Shown here: positions 1 through 14,420 of the stretch, one piece after another
How the letters are laid out: each line of letters begins with the position of its first letter
Numbering within the stretch: position 1 is the stretch's first letter
Source: Takakia lepidozioides
Taxonomy: Eukaryota; Plantae; Bryophyta
NCBI GenBank assembly: GCA_030704615.1
Contig: CM060734.1
Span: 44,206,001-44,270,000, forward strand
Direction: 5' to 3'
DNA: 64,000 bases
Notes under the pieces: generated by a model
What the model was told of the DNA's origin: nothing
The model's input: the letters and a program-made list of their open reading frames with translations, nothing else
Databases searched by the model: none
Made by a program: the position numbers and the translations under genes

Positions 1-44
1 AACAAAATGTGAAGATCATGCTATAGTGGACTGACATCAAAGAA

Positions 45-2240
45 CTACACAGGAAGAAGGAATAGTGGGTAGTCGTCCTCGTTAGGCACGACAGTCTTGT
101 GGACATTGGGCAGCCCATGTGGAGTGTGCCCTTTCAACTCCATTTCCACCATACGTTGCATTTCCAGCCTCTTGTGAAGAGCATCTTCCACAGGAAACCA
201 CGTCTTGTCAAACTGCGCATTGCAAACAAGCACAAAGACGATTACTAGGAAAGGAGGGCACAACACATATGAGACAGCCAAACTGTAGCAGCAAAAATCC
301 AGAGGTCTTACCGGACCCACCCCATTTGGACGGGGATCAACAAACGTTTCATGGAGGTACATGTCAATGTAATGGGTGCAAAAGTAACCACATTCCCAAT
401 TCGAAGGTTGTTGGGGTACAAGAGGCCACAACCACCGGGCTGAGGAACATGCCCACTTTCATTCAGGTGATGCATGAACATGTCGCATAGCACTGCCCAC
501 AATTTGGCCACATCTTAGTGGAGGTGACAATCATGTGAGTTCTAGATAGAGTTGAGGTGCAGGAATCTGTGAGCCTCCAGAATAAGCACGCTCCAGTGGG
601 AACTACAAAACAACTTGCAATATGTGAGCATGTAAAAAACATGTATGTTGAGACATACACACTATAATGGATGGGATAGGGACTTCATATGCAATGTTGG
701 AAACAACAAATGGGGATGAAGTCTACTAAAAAAAGACGGGCACAATAAGAGCACGAATGCCTGAAACCATCAAATTCCGAAAACCTTTGCCCTCCTTCCA
801 TGTTTTTATGGACTCACCTGTACTACCATACTTCTTACAATGCTCTCAAAGTCCCATCCAAGTAAAGGAATGCAAAGCTACATATGTACATGTAACATGG
901 TGGGGAATAGATAAGCCCTTCCAGGTAATCCAAAAAGCTATCATTCTATCACTACTCCAACCCCTTGGATCTTGAAGATTATCCATGTCTTCCAGGCGCA
1001 AAGGCACATGCTTAGCTGGCACATTTGTGAAGAACCACACATCAGTGCTTCTGTTACTGCCTTGTCCATGCCGCCTCCTGCCAAACAAATACGGAATCCC
1101 CGAACTGCATGAATAATGGTTTTTGCCTTACGGTGAATTGGTTGGTAATGCCAAAATTTAGTCGGACCAGACCTTTTATTCAGGCCCTCACAAGTTGGGA
1201 AAACACATGTACCGTACATGATCCACCTACCATGCACACAACTGAACCACACCATTACATAGAAATGGTATGTAAAGATTTGCATAAATTCAGCATTGTT
1301 CAATGTTTGGTAATAGAAACAAGAAGAAGCTGATTATTAGTAAGAAGTTGTTCATTTGTGGCTCTGGCTGTGGTCCTTATACAATAACATGATGGGAATT
1401 GTACCATGTAAATGGAAGAAACGAGGGGTTGATTGCGGTGTTGAACTCACAATATGTCCTCCATGGCCTTATGCAAGCTGCGGACATAAAACGTGGACAA
1501 GAGCATTAGTTTGTTGCAATGAATGGATGTCCTTGACAGAATTAAGTCCACACATCAAAGAGCAAAATCAGGTGATGTAAATGAGGAAAGAATTAGCACA
1601 TGATATATGGTGGTTTTGCATTTCCGCCCCAACTCTTCTGTTCTTCAGTTTCCTATTTACTTCACGACAACCATTAATCCTGTGAACATTCAGTTTTTTC
1701 TTATCTTTGTAAATAATGTGGCAGTAGATACATTTGTATGGTTTCCTGTGGTGATCACCAGGTTCTTGAACGCGGGCCTTGGAGCGCACCTCGCAAATGA
1801 GGTCGTCCCACTCGCCAGTATCATATCCCTCATGGTATTGGCGCCTATTCTCTGTCATTGTGCTTCGCTTCACCATAGTGATGAGGTAATGAGGTCTGCA
1901 AAATGCAAATGCAAAAGAATGGCGGTCATTACACACACCTGTTACAACCCATATGTCCTCACAAAGCCAAATACATGGAGTTTGAATCCACGAACCCTAG
2001 ATAATCTTGTGCTTGATGCTCTTGCTGCTGGTGTGCTGATCGTTGCTCGTATGATCACAAAACAAACATGTGAATCTGTCGCAAGTGTGTTTTCAGAAGC
2101 TTTGCGCCAACATTCTCTCCATCGACAAAGTTGGAAGTGACGCCACCTACGATCATTCTCCTCCACAAGAGCGTGCAAGACGACTAAATTCTATGATGAA
2201 AGATATCATGGAGAGTAGTGGTGGCCATTGTCACGCTGTG
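45..2240 (-). pseudogene. Degenerate multi-exon gene: C2H2-like zinc finger(s) plus Ulp1/SENP (peptidase C48)-like protease, probably transposon cargo
   Basis: Minus-strand fragments: YKCIYCHIIYKDKKKLNVHRINGC (ORF 1568-1936); LRLEDMDNLQDPRGWSSDRMIAFW (ORF 846-1088); HWSVLILEAHRFLHLNS (about 545-600; catalytic His, expected Asp reads as Asn); VPQQPSNWECGYF and FDKTWFPVEDALHKR (ORF 45-431; Q-x-x-N-x-x-C-G nucleophile motif). Stops and frameshifts are present. Confidence 0.65.
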
Positions 2241-4399
2241 AGGGCACGGCGGAAGTGGAGGATGCCAAGCGATTAGACAGAGACCGATTGACATTTCGCA
2301 CGTGGGTGCCATCCTTGCAATAAAAAATTCAATCTAATCACATCTCATACTTATGTCATGTGCATGTATGCATGTGGTGGGCATGGGTGGCCGTGAGGCA
2401 TGTGGAGGGCATGGGTTTTGGGGATCATGTAATTCGGGTATTCATGTATTGAACCGCGATCGGCGAAGCGACCGCGGAGGGTGGGTCGCCCAGGGGAGGT
2501 CCGGGTGGGCCGTCACTGGCCCCGCTGACATGGTTGTCAAGGCATTCAACTCCCCGGGCACTTCTCTTACTTGGCCTCCGTGACCCCCTCTGTCAAACGC
2601 GGGCCCGTTGCAGCCACACGCGCGGGCATTCATGGTCCTGTTATTGTTCAATGAGTTGTATTATGAAATACATAATAAGAAATTATATCAGATAAATTAT
2701 AATTATATAGTTGTAACTCAAGTAGTTAAAATAAATCATAATTTTGTAAAATTTTAATTATTTTTGTCGAATGTTTCTTTAAAATGACAAAGAATCGCGT
2801 GCACGCGCCTTCCTTCAATGCCTCGTGGCAAAAATTTGTCTGTTGCGACTCGCAGTCATAGGATGAGTGCTTTTGGACATCCAATCATATGAAACCCAGC
2901 TCAAACGGACATTATTTATATTAGTAAAACTACATGCGGGTGCTAGAAGTCAGTTTGAGCAGCTAAAAAGTTTACCTAACAAGGAAATGTTGAGTGTAAT
3001 ACCTATCAATGCAATGCTGAGCATGCTTTGCTTACACGATCTAGATCCGTTACCAATTCACAACCAGTACCTACACAAGTGGCTTCAAATTTGTATGTAT
3101 AATAGACCTTTTAATAATGGGTGTTGCATGGATTGAGAGTGTATTGAGACATCTCCACATTATTTGAAAATGGTTGATATAAGCTTATAAGCTCTCGTCA
3201 CTAAACTTAACAATTGTGCACGGTGGCCCACTTCCACCAACAAGCAAAACATATTATGGTTTTGAGACCAACATGCTTGGGGATGGAAGTATGACAAAAG
3301 TCCTACGTATGCCAATAAAAGTACTGTATAAAATATGCATATTTGTCCCGTACTTACAAGGGAGCTCAAGCAAACCCTGCTATAACCGTTTTCCTTCTTT
3401 CTCTCTTTCCCTCTCCTTCTAGGCATTTTCTCTGCCCATTCCTCCACTTTTATATTACTTGGATTGTCCTTTCATTAGTATTTATGGGTCTTTGACGTCA
3501 GTTAAGCTAGAGATATCGCCCAAGTATTGTTTTCCGCTTGCCATCTTCTTGCCCTCCAAGAAACGTCTCCATCTCTTCCCCTCTATTTTCTTCATGATGG
3601 TAGGGGGTAGGATTCTTGTATCAGTGGTGCTAGATCCTCAATTTAGCATTTCGGAAATGCTCAATTAGGTACATTTTGCAGTTGTATATGGAATTGAGTA
3701 TTGACCTAACAATTGACGCTTATATCTAGGTTTGGGCCAATTATAATGGTGCATTCAGGCGTTGCCTTTGACATCCCAGAAAATACAGCGTTCATCAAAG
3801 AAACCCATCGTAAAGAATCCAAGTAAAGCCATCACTCTCTTTCTTTCTCAAGGTTTTTCAAGATTGCATGTTGCACCATCAATCCTCATCCTTAAGCGAT
3901 TGTCCTCAAATGCCCTATTTGATCACACCTCAGAGAACATCCAGTAGTTGCACATTGAGTTATAATAAATTCCAATGGCTATAGATCCAATAAAATAATT
4001 AGAACATCAATTGAATTGGATAGTCTAATTTCTCATGAGGTGCAAAGATCAAGGGTCCCACATTTTGGTTGCTCGGACCACAAAAATTGTTTGTTTGAAC
4101 ATTTGGCATGAATACTTGATCACAACATTACCCAATGCTCACCATGGCATGTAGGGGCTATAGAAGGGTTTGAATTTATTAGGTATTCTAGTTGACCATT
4201 GACGTACGTTAAGAGATATGGACTGTTTTATTGGTGCGGGGGGTTTGCATACTCCGATATTCAATGAGAAATGTCAGGTAGACAATAAAGCAGTAGAGCT
4301 AGTTGATATAGCCAGCTGTAGGTATCTATTGTTTCTTGTGACTGCGAGAACTCATCAGGTTAGCCCAACATGAAGAACCAAGCTCCAAGCCATTGACAA

Positions 4400-7290
4400 G
4401 TTCTTGTCAATGTGAATTTTACTCTACTGGTGTTAATCAACTACGTGACTCGTTCCATCTTAACTTTGAGACCATGGCATGTTTCAAATTCTATCCGCCT
4501 CTCCAAGACAGGGGTACTTTGATCATCACTCTGGATTGAGGTTGCATTCTCTTGGTTAAAGTTCGGCGTGTTCAAGAGCATTTGCAAAACATCATTTGTA
4601 GCTTGGGCAACTGCCATGTACTATTCAAACTCTGTAGTTGACACAGCTCAACTGTAGGTTTATTTTTATTATTGTAGTTAATTGTGCCGCTGCCCAAAGT
4701 ACAGGCATGGACTTCCTACAACCCAAGTCCCCACCCCTAATCTGAATCACAACTACCTTCTAGAGCATCATTCAATGCTCCAGCCTTGTCAAACTATAGA
4801 ACCATTTGTTGTGTCCTTTTCAAATACTTTATGATTCTCTTGATTGCTTTCCAGTGAGCAATTGCATCAATATCAAGTTTGGTGCCTATCATGTATTATA
4901 CTTTTGACAGTAGGGAATTAACCTCATCCATTCCATTCTGGTTATCCCTTGTCTTAGGCTAGTGTTGTTTGGACAACTTTTGTCCAACTTCCAATGGAGT
5001 AGAGATTGGATTGCAATCCTTCGTATTGAACCATTAAGGATCTGACTAATGTAATGAGCTTGACTGAGTGAAATTCTTCTCTCCACTCTACCCCTTAGTG
5101 GGTACTTTACTAATTCCCCAAGGTCTATCGTTTGAAATTCAGAAGAAAAGATCTTCTTGATCTCACAAACCTTGTCTAAGCTTTTGTAAAACCAAGATTA
5201 GGTCATCCACGTATACTACCAAGATCAAAATGCTATCTTCTTTCTTTAGAACATAGACACTAGTATAATCATAATTACATCGCTAGAATCCATGTTTAGC
5301 TAGGAAATTGTCAAACCTCTGGTATCAAGCTCATTGTCATGTATGCTTCAACCCATAGAGAGATTTGAGAAGCTAACAAACTTTTGTTTACTCGTTCTCT
5401 TTTACTTGCAACCCCTCTGGAAAGTTGCATGTAAATTTCTTCTTCGAGTTCACCATGACAAAGACCGTCCAACGTCTTTACATCCATTTGATGTATTTCC
5501 AAATCATGGATTGCCCCAAGAGCCAACAACGTGCAGATAGAGACAAACTTAGCCATAGGTTCAAATGTTTCATTGAAATCAATGCCTTGCATTTTAGCAT
5601 ATCCCTTGGCCACTATATAGCTTTGTACCTCTCCACTTTTCCTCAGCATTTTGTTTGATGTGGAAGACCCATTTACAACCAATGGCTTGTCCTCTAGGTG
5701 ATAAGGTAGACAATCTCCAAGTTTTGTTCTTTTTTAGGGACTTCAGTTCATCCCTCATAGATGCTTCCCACTCTTTGGCTTGGTATCCCATTATTGTTTG
5801 CTTAAGATTCTTGGGCTCCTCCATTTCCAAACTGATGCTTGCCGATTCATCTTCAGCAAAACTTCCAAAGATTTTTGTGGGTTTTCGAATTTCCTCACCT
5901 CTTCTTGACAGAGATTATGTCAATGCAGATTCAGTGGATGGTAATGGCTCCACTTCAGTTATCCATTGCTCCACTTCTCCTAATGAGTCTCATGCTTCCG
6001 AAGCTGGATTCCATATCTCTAATGGTAACTCATCTTCAAAGTTTATTTCAGGAATCTAATCATCAATCTATAATGGTACTTTTGTTAGCTTTCTCCAATA
6101 TTACTACATCCTAGCTGGTCACAATCTTTCTCTTCTCAGAATAAAACATAATTTGTAGTTTTTGGCATTCTCCGAGTATCCAACCAAGTTGCATAGATTG
6201 CACTTCGGCTCAAGCTTGGACTTCGGCTCAAGCTTGGAACTGGTTTCTTTTGCAGGGCAACTAATGGTTTTTTTCCTAACCATGTTTCCTCTGGTGTTGC
6301 CCCTGTCACAACCTTGGTGGGGCATCTATTCATGATGTAAGCAGTTGTTGTTAATTTTGCCCAAAATATATATCCAAGACCTTATGGATGTAGGATACAC
6401 CTTACACTGTCAACCAGAGTTCTGGTCATCCTCTTAGCAACCTTATATGGTGTAGTAAACTACTGATGAATTCCCTCTTGCTTATTATAGTACTAATGAA
6501 AAACACCATAAGTATATTCTCCTCCATTGTTACTCCTAAGTTGTTTGACTGAAAAAAGGTTCATAGCCAAGCCTGGCACATATATTAGAACATCATACAA
6601 ACGACCATTTTATACCTTGCTATTGATTAATATATCAATAACAATATATCTTTTTTCCCACAACATCTTGTACTGAATTATCTTCCAAGTAAATGCTTGT
6701 CTTAGGAATCTCTTAGAGATCTGAAAATAATTCTTTCTAAGAAGACATAGTTCATGTGACGCATCAGAGTCAACATACTAGCTCCTTGATTTCAAAGTTT
6801 GTGGACCTACAATAAATGCATTCTCAATTGAATATGCTTGCCCCTTCACTGCGGACTTCTTTGGATGCATGCATTCTTGTGCCCAATGGCTGCGCTCATG
6901 GCAATTGTTACAGTTGCTTCTTCATTTGAGCTTTGGTACGGTCGTTGTTTTGTTTATGTCTGCAGTATGACTCTTGTTGGGGTTTTCTCTTCAGCTTCTG
7001 TACATAGAAGACATTTTCATCACTTGAAGATGTTGTTATTCCATTCATAGACTTCATCTCCAACTCCTCATGTAATAACCTCTCACTTACAAGTTCCAAC
7101 TGTAAAGTATGTGTCATAGTCTTCATAGTAGTAATGAGGTTGTGGTAGTTCTCATGCAAGCTTAATAACAAAATCATTACTAACATGCCATCACTTACTA
7201 CCTCATCCACTACATCTGGTTGTAGTGACAATTGTCTAATCTTATTGATGTGACTTGTCATAGTGTCTAATGACTTCATCTATAATATGT
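4400..7290 (-). mobile_element. Degenerate Ty1/copia LTR retrotransposon internal region
   Basis: Copia domain order on the minus strand: gag-like MTSHINKIRQL..LLLSLHENYHNLITT (6908-7279), CCHC knuckle remnant (about 6870-6905), integrase remnant (NRCPTKVVTGATPEETW), RT (EPKNLKQ..ELKSLKKNKTW..IGCKWVF; QGIDFNETF..LEIHQMDVKT; LVVYVDDLI near 5200; ISLSQAHYI) and RNase H remnants (about 4480-4750). Many stops; no LTRs identified. Confidence 0.85.
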
Positions 7291-9669
7291 TCATCAGTGT
7301 TGTCTTCGAAGATATAGTTTGTTTGCTAATGCCATCTACTCATATTGAGTTTCTCTACACCCCCACCCTCTACTCCTTAAAAGAAAATCGATTCATCAAA
7401 GAATATTTGCTTAAATACACAAAGTTTCATTATATCTATATCTATTTATTCAAACTTGCGACTGTTATTTCTATTTTAACTCTTTCGTAAGTCGTGACAA
7501 ACTGATATGTGCATGTCTAATAAACTCCAACTTGTTATTTCTATCTGAACTCTTCTTTCATGACTAATGTATATATTCATGTCTAACAAGTGCCCAACTT
7601 GCTATTTAGGAAGCACCACTTACACTAAAGTGAACACACACTCCAACATGTCATGTGTATATATAGTAACCAAAAGAAGTCATGACATCCACATCACAAA
7701 ATAGTGCGTTTCAAATTGCACATGATATGGTGGCTTGCATTTTTCGTGTAAAGATTCACAATTTATGATGACATCTCTGCATGTCCAGGTTACAGAATAA
7801 GTTTCTAGAGAAAAATGGAAATAAAAAGACGGGATCAACTAATTCCTCAAAAAACGAGTCAAGAGCATCCATCTCAAGAGCATCCATCTGTGGAGGCTCA
7901 AAACAACTCTCAGAAAACACTGATTCAATCTCTAAAGCAGAACGACGCAAAAGTATTCCAAAGGTTCTAGAGACACCGACTAAAAGGGATCCACAAGAAA
8001 TCAAACGACTCCGAAGCCTTTCAATGGTGCATTCTAGTATCTACATCTCCGAGTTAATAATTAATAATTTACTTGCAGCTTTTAAGAATTCATAATGATA
8101 TCTCTAGATTGGTGTGAAAGTTGCACCATATGTGATCAAACTATGACCATATGTACATTGATCAATAAAATCGTTTGCATTCACAATTTGCTGAAATAAT
8201 AGTTTGAATTGCATAGCTTGAACATTCATCTGAGCATGTGACTGGAATCCCACCAATTCATAGATGTGTAGCACACTCACTAACCCTTTGTCCCATTGTA
8301 AGTTCATGCATAGCAGTGGAGAGTAGTAGTAATGATTAGTATACAACTATGTTCCAATTGATTCAAGTACTCAGTCCCATTGCCATCCAATCTTTCAGGG
8401 TTGTACTTTATCATTATTCGACCAATGTTCTATGCTAGCATCCATGTACATCATGAATGTAACATTCAGATTTAATCCATCAGATGCATAAGCCAGCCAA
8501 GAAACATGATCGCATGATGGTGTGCATTGGGTGTACTCCGCAGAATTTGTGGAGGAGGGTGAATGCGGGATACACAATTTGCAAAAAGAAAATGGAAGGG
8601 GAGAGTCACGCAAACTACAAGTATGATCCCAAAACGGTATGCATTAGAGTCTGATTTTCTTTGTCTTTGTTGTGCTCGCCTAGCAATCTCCATAAAGTAT
8701 ATTATTGACAATAGTCTGGTTTGCACAAGTGCTAAGCTCGCAAGTTCAAATTTGTGAAATTTCTCTAGACCCTGCAAAACTCACAATTATGGTGCTATTT
8801 GATTACTAGATAACGTTCAAGGTAATGCTTGTGTGGATAATCCCTTTATCATGGAGACTTTTTGTGGTTATATTGTGTTGCTCCAATTGTCTATTCATAC
8901 AAATGTCATATCTTCAAACACCTGCTAGATTATGAAGGAGCTGAGCAGGAAAATGACTATGTTTTGATTCATGATGGTTTGTTGCAGATTGAGAAGCAAA
9001 ACAGAGAATTTTTCCATAAGTGTGATGCTTTCACAGAGTTTTGTGAGGCTTATGCCCGCTTCACCATGATGTTTGCCAAAAAGCCCAGACAAATAATGAA
9101 ATCTATATCCAAGCGTGCCAAGGCTGACGCTGTTGCAGAAAAGGCTCTAAGAGATAAAGAAACAAAAGCAAAAGCTGCTGCTGACAAGGCCGCTGCCGAC
9201 AAAGCTACTGCCGAAGGAGGTGCTGCAGCACTTGCTTCTAAGTAGCGGATTGATCCCATGCTTTGGAAATGGCTTCCATTGTTTAGAGTAGTATTCTAGA
9301 TAGCATCTTATTCACAATATGGGTCCCCACCTCGACAGGGCTGTACGGTGTACCCACACTCATGTGACAGAGCACTACTAGAGAACCTTAAAATTGGTTT
9401 GTAGACATATCCCACTGCCTTCTCTGTAGCCTGGATGAGGTTAGCTATTTCATGAGCATGAGCGGCATGATCGGAGTAGTAAGACAATCGGTTTTCATGA
9501 GCAGAAGTACAAATTCTGGAAATAAAAAACATTAAAAAACATTATTGTAATGGAATGTGTTAAAAAAAAACAAAAAAAACAAAATAATATTCATTGTTTG
9601 AAGTAGAAATTGTAGTTTTGAGAGCCGTGCTCATGATATTTCGTCTTCCGCTCATTCGAATTCCGAGCG

Positions 9670-10000
9670 ACATCTGCAAAAATGGCGCCGTATTTCGCGG
9701 TAATAGGTTCCGCAACCGGAGAAATTTGCGACGTATTTCGCAGTGTCTCCGGCGAAAAATGGTGCCGAATTTCGCGGCTATAGGTCCCAACATGGTTGAA
9801 GTGTAAGCCCAAAATTTGGAAATGTGGCGCCGAATTTCGGTACATGGTGCCGGGGATTGCACAGATGTTGGGCAGTTCTGGGCCATGTAACTGGAAATTC
9901 GGCGCCATTTTTCCAGACATCGTTCCCATACATGCTGGGACTTAGCCAGTTTTCGGCCCAAAATAGGGAAATTCGGCGCCATTTTTCCAAAAATGGCCCC
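9670..10000. repeat. Array of about 5-6 GGAAATTCGGCGCCATTTTT-type motifs in both orientations (transposon subterminal-type repeats)
   Basis: Motif copies near 9677, 9755, 9820, 9893 and 9967. The same motif occurs at 15265-15530 and 25450-26410. Confidence 0.8.
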
Positions 10001-10257
10001 TACAACTGCAACTGTTGGAACTCAATTTCTGGAAGATTTGCAAATTTTTCCTGCCGCCATCTTTGTATTGATTCTGTTTCGACATTGAATTGGACGTCAA
10101 CGGATATCCAGCAGTCCATAGTGTTTAAAAGACATCACTTTAATATTGTCTGTCTCATTCCAAGAGTTTTTGGGTGCATTTCATTACACTGCAAAACAAA
10201 GTCTAATGCATTAAAATGCAATTGCAAATATCCATATGGTGGATTCCCCTTGCCCCA

Positions 10258-13200
10258 TCAATGATTTCTGGAATCCCGGCGGAGGAGTTTGTGCATCTCG
10301 TTCACGCTCAACGCTGATGCATGAATAAAGTCATCAATAGTCAAGTTCATCCTCAACCTCTTTAGGTAAATGTAATACAGATTCTTGCACGGATAATACT
10401 TTGACCCCTTCTTTGCTCCCATCAACGAGAAGTCCATACAATTGCAAGTCGGCTCCACTCCAATCGTAATTGTGTATACGTCGTCGCGTACAGCTGAGCC
10501 GGCCGTTGCCATCCGATAAACACGACCAAGGCCGGGTGGGGGTACGTCCACGGAGCTCTGAATAGTGCAAGCCATCCCAAGAGCATTGGCAATCCGTGTC
10601 TCATTCAACTTGTTGGGAGGGTGTCGTCTCTTCACTCTTCCGAATCGCATTGTGGGATGTGCAGAATTGTCCAATCCGTCTCTATTGGACCTCGCAGTCT
10701 GCAATGGCTGGGTCTGAGGAATTGGAAATGCGTGGGCCGGGACGTCTGTGTGTTGCACCATTCGAAATCCTGCTGCAGAAAGAGCATCCGCCTCATTCTG
10801 AGAGAGGTTGCAACCCGGTGCAACAGGCCAGAGCCCGGAGGCTCCGACATTCCCTAAATCCCGTACTTGGGCTTGCCAAATACACAGGTCATTATGTCGT
10901 GCTTACAGAACCAAAACGTCTACGTTGTGGCATGAGAAAATGTGAGAGTCAAAAATCTGCCGCTGAAACAAGGTGTAGGTATAGCACCATGTGGGTTTCT
11001 CCAAATCATCTCACCATAGCGTGCTCTCGTATCCACCCGGATGGCACAGCGCTTCCCTCGAAATGCCGACAATGTCCTTGCAATTCTCCACTGTGACTCC
11101 GACACTCTTGTCTCCACAATGGGTATGTTGTAATGCGTTACTACAGATGGCTCGTTATGTTCCTCGGGCACGTGCCCTGTGCTCAAAGGAGATGGTGATC
11201 TTGAACGTGCAGGACTTGCGGTGCTCGACGAGACCTCCTCGGGCAACATCACGGGACCACTAGGGAGCGTGCGAACATTCTTGTCAGCTCGCCATGAATC
11301 CTCTTCTCCGCTAGGTGCCTCGTCAAGTCTTCGTCTCACTAGACGGGTGTGAACATCTCCTTCCATGTGTTGGCTTCTTCGAAGCAATGGCGTGTCCCGA
11401 ATGCCCTCTCGCAAGGCTGCCGCCCACTTCCGAGGATTCTTTGATCTGGAGGCAGTCCGTATCAGCATTTCCTGACTGTCCGGCCCCAAGCCCCACTGTT
11501 TCCATTTCAAGAACTCGTTGTACCTGCATTGCTGCATAATTGACCTCACAATGTCCTCCGTTGTGGCAGTGAGGATGTCCACCAGATGTGCCGCAGAGGA
11601 GGCACGCCAGGAAGAATGTACTGTTTGTTGTCGGCATGTCGGTGTTGGAGTCGAGACACATTTCCTGCACATGCACATGTTGAAGTTACAAGCAAGTTAC
11701 AAATAATAACTAGCATAATATTCAACGAGACGCAAATTTGTCCAACTCACCTCCCGCATATAGTCGCCGAACTGGAGGAAACGATAATGCCACCATGCTA
11801 GCCAACTGACCATTGCTCTCTCGTCTGATTTCTTTACAACACCTGACATTGTCCACCAAGCCCGTATACATGCAAACTGTGTCTCTGCATAATCCAAGGT
11901 GGGAGCACGCTTCCACGCAAGACACATGGAACGGTGCTCCTCTCTGAAATCTGGCGCCACGAGCCTGGTTGTGTACTGCGACAAGCTCTGCAGAAAATGG
12001 AACCCACAAGATCTCTCTTTGCCTTCCATCGGAACATTGGGGTCTTCCCCGTACACCCTTCGAATGGTAGCCCAATTTGCTTGTGCGTTGTCTGCCATGA
12101 AACCACGGAAATTGGGAGGGGGCAATCCCGCCCTGGCCATCTGTTCGTTTATTCCATGGCAAAGAAGCATCTCCAATTGTGTGTCCTCTCCTTTCATCTC
12201 ACAAATAGCAATTATCATTAGCATCCTGCAGTGGGTATCGTAGACATGTGCACCCATTGTCACCCACTCGTGATTTGTAATTCGCTTGATATGGTCGAAC
12301 ATAACCCAACTGTTTGACAAGTTTCCACTCGTCATCCGGTCGACCAGTTCAACGCCGCTGTCAGGCCCACACGTGGACATTTTGAATACGAAACAATGAT
12401 CTGTCTCAGTCCCTTGTCCTGGAAACCTACTTCCATGAATGTAGTCATATCCACATCGTCGCTTCACCTCCAGAATGAAGTGTATATCCGAGCCACGCCC
12501 AATTTTCTGTTTGTAGGAGACAATGTGGTTTCGGACATTTGGTGAACAGACGTGGGACACTGACTCCAGCAATGCCTCCATTTCCTTCTCATCGAGAGGA
12601 ACTTTGTCGCAGCCGTCTTCCGACATAATTCTGGCCAATGCAATCTTATGGGTGGCCTGCAGCTGTATTTGTTTGGGTTTGGCACCAGGTCTCAACTTAA
12701 CCTCCTCCTGAACGAGCTGCTCTGCCTCGTGGGCAGCCTCCCACGAGTTCCCCCTCGCAAATTGATGACAATGGGCACCAACGTATATGCAAGCTCATGT
12801 GAGGTCAGGGAAACGGTGCAACACATAGAACTGCTTGGCATTACAAACAGACATGCAATGTGGTGGTTCTTTGCAATGCGCACACTTAAATGTGGAGTTT
12901 GGAACCTTCTCCTAAGCTCAAAATGGTTGATGAGTTGTGCCTGTCCAATCCATCTCGTTCCTGTGACCTCTGGATTTAAAGTGGAAGCAAGTTGGGGAGA
13001 AACACCGCAACGCGCCCGCACAAACAACGTAGCGCACCCGCACACCATCGAGCATCTTCATGCTGGTGATTTTGGTGACGCACCAAGGATGACCGTCATG
13101 TTTCCTATCCATATCTGTCAACATTCCGGACGCCCTCGAATAGTCAGTTCGAGGAGGGAACTCAAAGAAGATATTACCGTCGACGTCTGCGGGAAGGCAT

Positions 13201-13880
13201 GTAACGGATTTAATTGCGAACTTGTTGTAGTCCAGCCCAGCCAGCTCCGAGCGGTGTCCCTCCATGTGAAGCCCTCGCAGAATTTCAAGAATAGATCGAA
13301 TTGTTGTGCTCGTGCTGGGAATATGACTCCCTCGTTCGCTGATGTCCATTGAGGACTTGCCTGATCTCCAGGATGATCTTGGAACTTCCATGACCTCGTC
13401 TGAGTCGGACAGGTTGTGAACAACCCGGTTCTCGCTCGTCTTCATTGATGGGTTCGGCTCTGGATTTACGTCGTTGCGGACTTCTCTCTTTGAGGTACCC
13501 ACTCTCTGATTCGCGGATTGTTTCATGGAAGGCGCCAGGATAGAAGGCGCATTTGGCGGGCAAATGAAGTCCCCAACAGCCCTGTATATGACGCTGTCCG
13601 ATGGTGGAACTCGCCATTCCCTGCCGTCGCCGAAATCATCGTGGAGCACAACAATACTTTTGACTACAACTCCGTTTGAATCCTTCATTTCCTCCTCCAA
13701 AAATACCGATCCCGGTTTCAGGTGGTATCGAACGCAGAGATATTTCTCCATCACCCGGCAGATCTCCCCTCTGCACAGAAATGTAGCTCTATGCTCGTGA
13801 GGAGGAAAATATACTATAGCGCTCGGGTTTTCTGCCATGGGAGATGTGCACACAAGACTGTCAGGACGGCGTTCGAGCAA
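10258..13880 (-). pseudogene. MULE-type DDE transposase with N-terminal WRKY/GCM-like zinc domain and C-terminal SWIM finger
   Basis: CAGALRCFSPTC..CAHC..HC..C..GAHCH zinc domain (about 12760-13030). WVMFDHIKR, FRGFMADNAQAN and CGFH (CxxH) in ORF 11697-12695. Intron at about 11667-11750. SWIM-like YTITIGVEPTCNCMDF..CKNLYYIY in ORF 10258-10761. In-frame stops and frameshifts. Confidence 0.8.
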
Positions 13881-14420
13881 GCGCCCTGAGAGACAGGAGG
13901 ATGCAGCGAGGGGAAGGAATGCAAGGCCGATTTTTCCGAGCGACGAAGCCTATTCACGAATCCAGGGAGCCCACTCTCCCAAAAATCCACTGTCAGGGTG
14001 TTAATGAACCTTGTCTCCGGAATGCGGGCCCTGGCCTTTGCGCAATAACTGCCAACGGTATGCAGTCAGAAGGTATATGACATGTGCAGATGCGCTGTGC
14101 AAACCAATAATTATGGCGTCTGACAAGAAGCGTGGGGGGGCGAGCGTGCAAGCACCTTCCCCATGGACAGAGGAAACTGACAGAGGTGGCATTCAAGTGG
14201 GTCTGATTGCAAGATTGAGTGCCAGACCCTCGCTGCCAAAAGTCAACATTCAACAAAATGCAACATTGCGCAAAAAGTGGAACTTTGGTTCAAATGAGAC
14301 ATTTTTATTAATAATGAACTGTGACAAGTATGCATGCCCTCACAAGCCGAGGGAAGCCAAAAGTATGCATGCCATCCATGCTCAAGTAAGTTGGGAATTT
14401 TCTCCCGTGTTGCACTATTC

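Noticed and set aside
2800-4380. Short ORFs between the Ulp1 remnant and the copia relic
   Set aside because: No recognisable motifs; could not be assigned.
8100-8780. HUH/Rep endonuclease (HHHAIMF)
   Set aside because: A single short motif in fragmented ORFs, with no supporting Tyr motif or helicase.
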